Shown: one piece after another, positions 62,009-64,000 of the stretch | Position numbering within the stretch: the stretch's first letter is position 1 | How the letters are laid out: every line of letters begins with the position of its first letter | Assembly (NCBI GenBank): GCA_964035545.1 | Contig: OZ037772.1 | Span: forward strand, 10,972,818-11,036,817 | Length of the DNA stretch: 64,000 nt | Direction of reading: 5' to 3' | Source: Bugula neritina | Taxonomy: Eukaryota; Animalia; Bryozoa | The notes under the pieces: model-generated | Database searches by the model: none | Told to the model about the DNA's origin: nothing | Seen by the model: only the letters and a program-made list of their open reading frames with translations | Translations under genes and position numbers: made by a program

Positions 62009-64000
62009 ACTGGATCACAATTATTTTAGTTTAGTTGGTGTCGAAAATTTTATATTTCAACACAATCTGCTGCAAACACTGTTTTGAATTTGTAAAAGCT
62101 TTCACACATTCTACAATATTTTGGCAATTATTTAACCTAAGTTTTTGAATACAAAGTTAATTGAAGGGCAGAAAGAAAATAAGTCTGGAAATAAAAATTT
62201 TAAATGAGGCTTTTAAAATATGAAACAAATATGAACTAAAATTAAGTTCTTTAAAGTTAATATACTCCAATACAGAGCGTACATAGCCTGTATAATCTGT
62301 ACCTTTAAATTGATGCTATATTTGTCATGAGAAGATAACTATATGAATAGCTGAAGGGTTAATTCAACATTCTGAAAATTCCATATGACATTTATTACTC
62401 ATTGTTTAGAGGGAAAAGAACATAATATATATGTAAACAAATGATTAAAAAATATACTTATTATAAATATTGACTTCAAATTATATGGAACTGTTATTAT
62501 ATTTATTTTTATAGTTGCAGTAGCAAAAAATTATAATATAATATTATTTTTGTGTTTTTGTACTTTTATTCCAAGATAAATAAATAAACAGGGCACAAAG
62601 TAAACATTATGCATTGCTTGCATAGATCTTTCAAGATTAAACTATAAATGTAATAAACACAAATAGCTAGGGGAAAGCCTCAAATATATGACAAGGCATA
62701 GCAAGCTATATTGCAATGTTCTAACAATTAATGTAATTTTACTTGATATACAATATAGCAAAATACACTATAATATAACACGATTTTATATAATAAGTTG
62801 CATTAAGCAATTGTTATGGATAACTACATTTCGACTTGAAGGTAGGCCTATTGGTTTTCAAAACAAAATTAAACGTCAAAACCCTTATAATTTGATAACC
62901 ACCATTTGTGAAAATTTGTTCCTAAACTTTAAATCAACATTATAAATTTAGTTCAATCAGAAAAAAAATGTAGTTTTTTCAGATTATAAATGCCACTCAG
63001 TAGTTAAGTTGTGAGAAAGCAACCATTCAAACATATTAAAACACAATATTGTGTCACCTGGCTGATATTTTCTCATTCATGCAAAATATTTTATAGTTAA
63101 AATAATTTTATACATTAGTCACACAGCTACAACAGACACATATAAAACTTCTATATGTGGGAGGCAATGAAAGAGCTCCCCTACTATGTATAGCTTTGTG
63201 TATGGAGCTCAGACTACAAGCACTTGCAGAGTGATGACACAGTATTTGATAAATTGTCGTCACATGATGTGTCAGTGTACTTGATTGGCTGAGGACTGTA
63301 GGGCCTATAGACTAGAGTTGTTATGTGTCAAATTGTAAGAAATTCATTGCTGGTGCAAGCACTAATCTTGAATGTTCTTCACAAGAATAGAAGTGACAGG
63401 TGATAGCAGGTGACAGCAGGTGACAGCAGGTGACAGAAAAGAGACAGTGCTATTAACTTCATGAAATATTCAAAATGTCTAACAGACCAGTAAGTATTAC
63501 ATCTTTTTATAGATCTTTCTTGTCCTATTGTGTTGCAAAATATATAATTATATAAAATTTATTTACTTCAAAAACAGTAAAATTGTGCAAACAGCACAAA
63601 TACCATATTTAACTTTTTCAACCTTTTTGTATGAAGCAATTCAATTTTGAAATGCTTTCTTTCAAAATCTCGTAAAATTTGCTAATGTGAGTTGAATATA
63701 AATTGCCAGCTGCTCTTATTCAAAGCGTATAGTAAGCTTTCAAGAAAAATTACTTTTTCTGGAATAAAGTAATTAATATTTTCTATTAAAACATTGAAAC
63801 AATAAAAAATTTACTTGCTTATGCTCACTTCCAAGCAGATGTTGAGTTACTAAAATGCAGTTTTGAAACTTTAAAAACGTTCTCAATCATGCCTGTCCAT
63901 TAGCAAAACTTCTGAAACTAGTTTTCAACTTTATCTCAAATGCCAACTGCTTTCTGCACATATTTTTAACTTCTGAATTTGTCTTGTCGCTCAAAATCAA

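Overview
AT-rich, intron-containing invertebrate (metazoan) genomic DNA, with no prokaryotic features. Manual spliced assembly supports seven protein-coding genes. On the minus strand: three tandem paralogous type I membrane receptors (signal peptide-CUB-CUB-Ser/Thr stalk-TM-tyrosine-motif tail; here A 309-7307, B 9525-13967, C 16071-21495), a divergent 3-Ig-domain protein with a probable GPI signal (22950-28596), a secreted protein with an Arg-rich N-terminus, six sushi/CCP modules and a Caspr/neurexin-IV-like fibrinogen-type domain (29670-36778), and an innexin (39654-50193). On the plus strand: a PhyH-family 2OG-Fe(II) dioxygenase (57392-62008). Two things stand out. (1) The CUB receptors look like paired receptors: A and C carry ITIM-consensus motifs, while B has a different TM, YxxM/YxN activating-type motifs, and its ancestral ITIM tail is destroyed and out of frame. 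(2) The innexin has two duplicated 122-nt exon-2 copies that must be spliced mutually exclusively and that encode the TM1/extracellular loop 1 region. The window also has a tRNA-derived SINE family (7 copies), two MITE families, many micro/minisatellites and several long palindromes. Exon boundaries were read by eye from GT-AG sites and phase compatibility and lack transcript support; functional labels are motif-based inferences.
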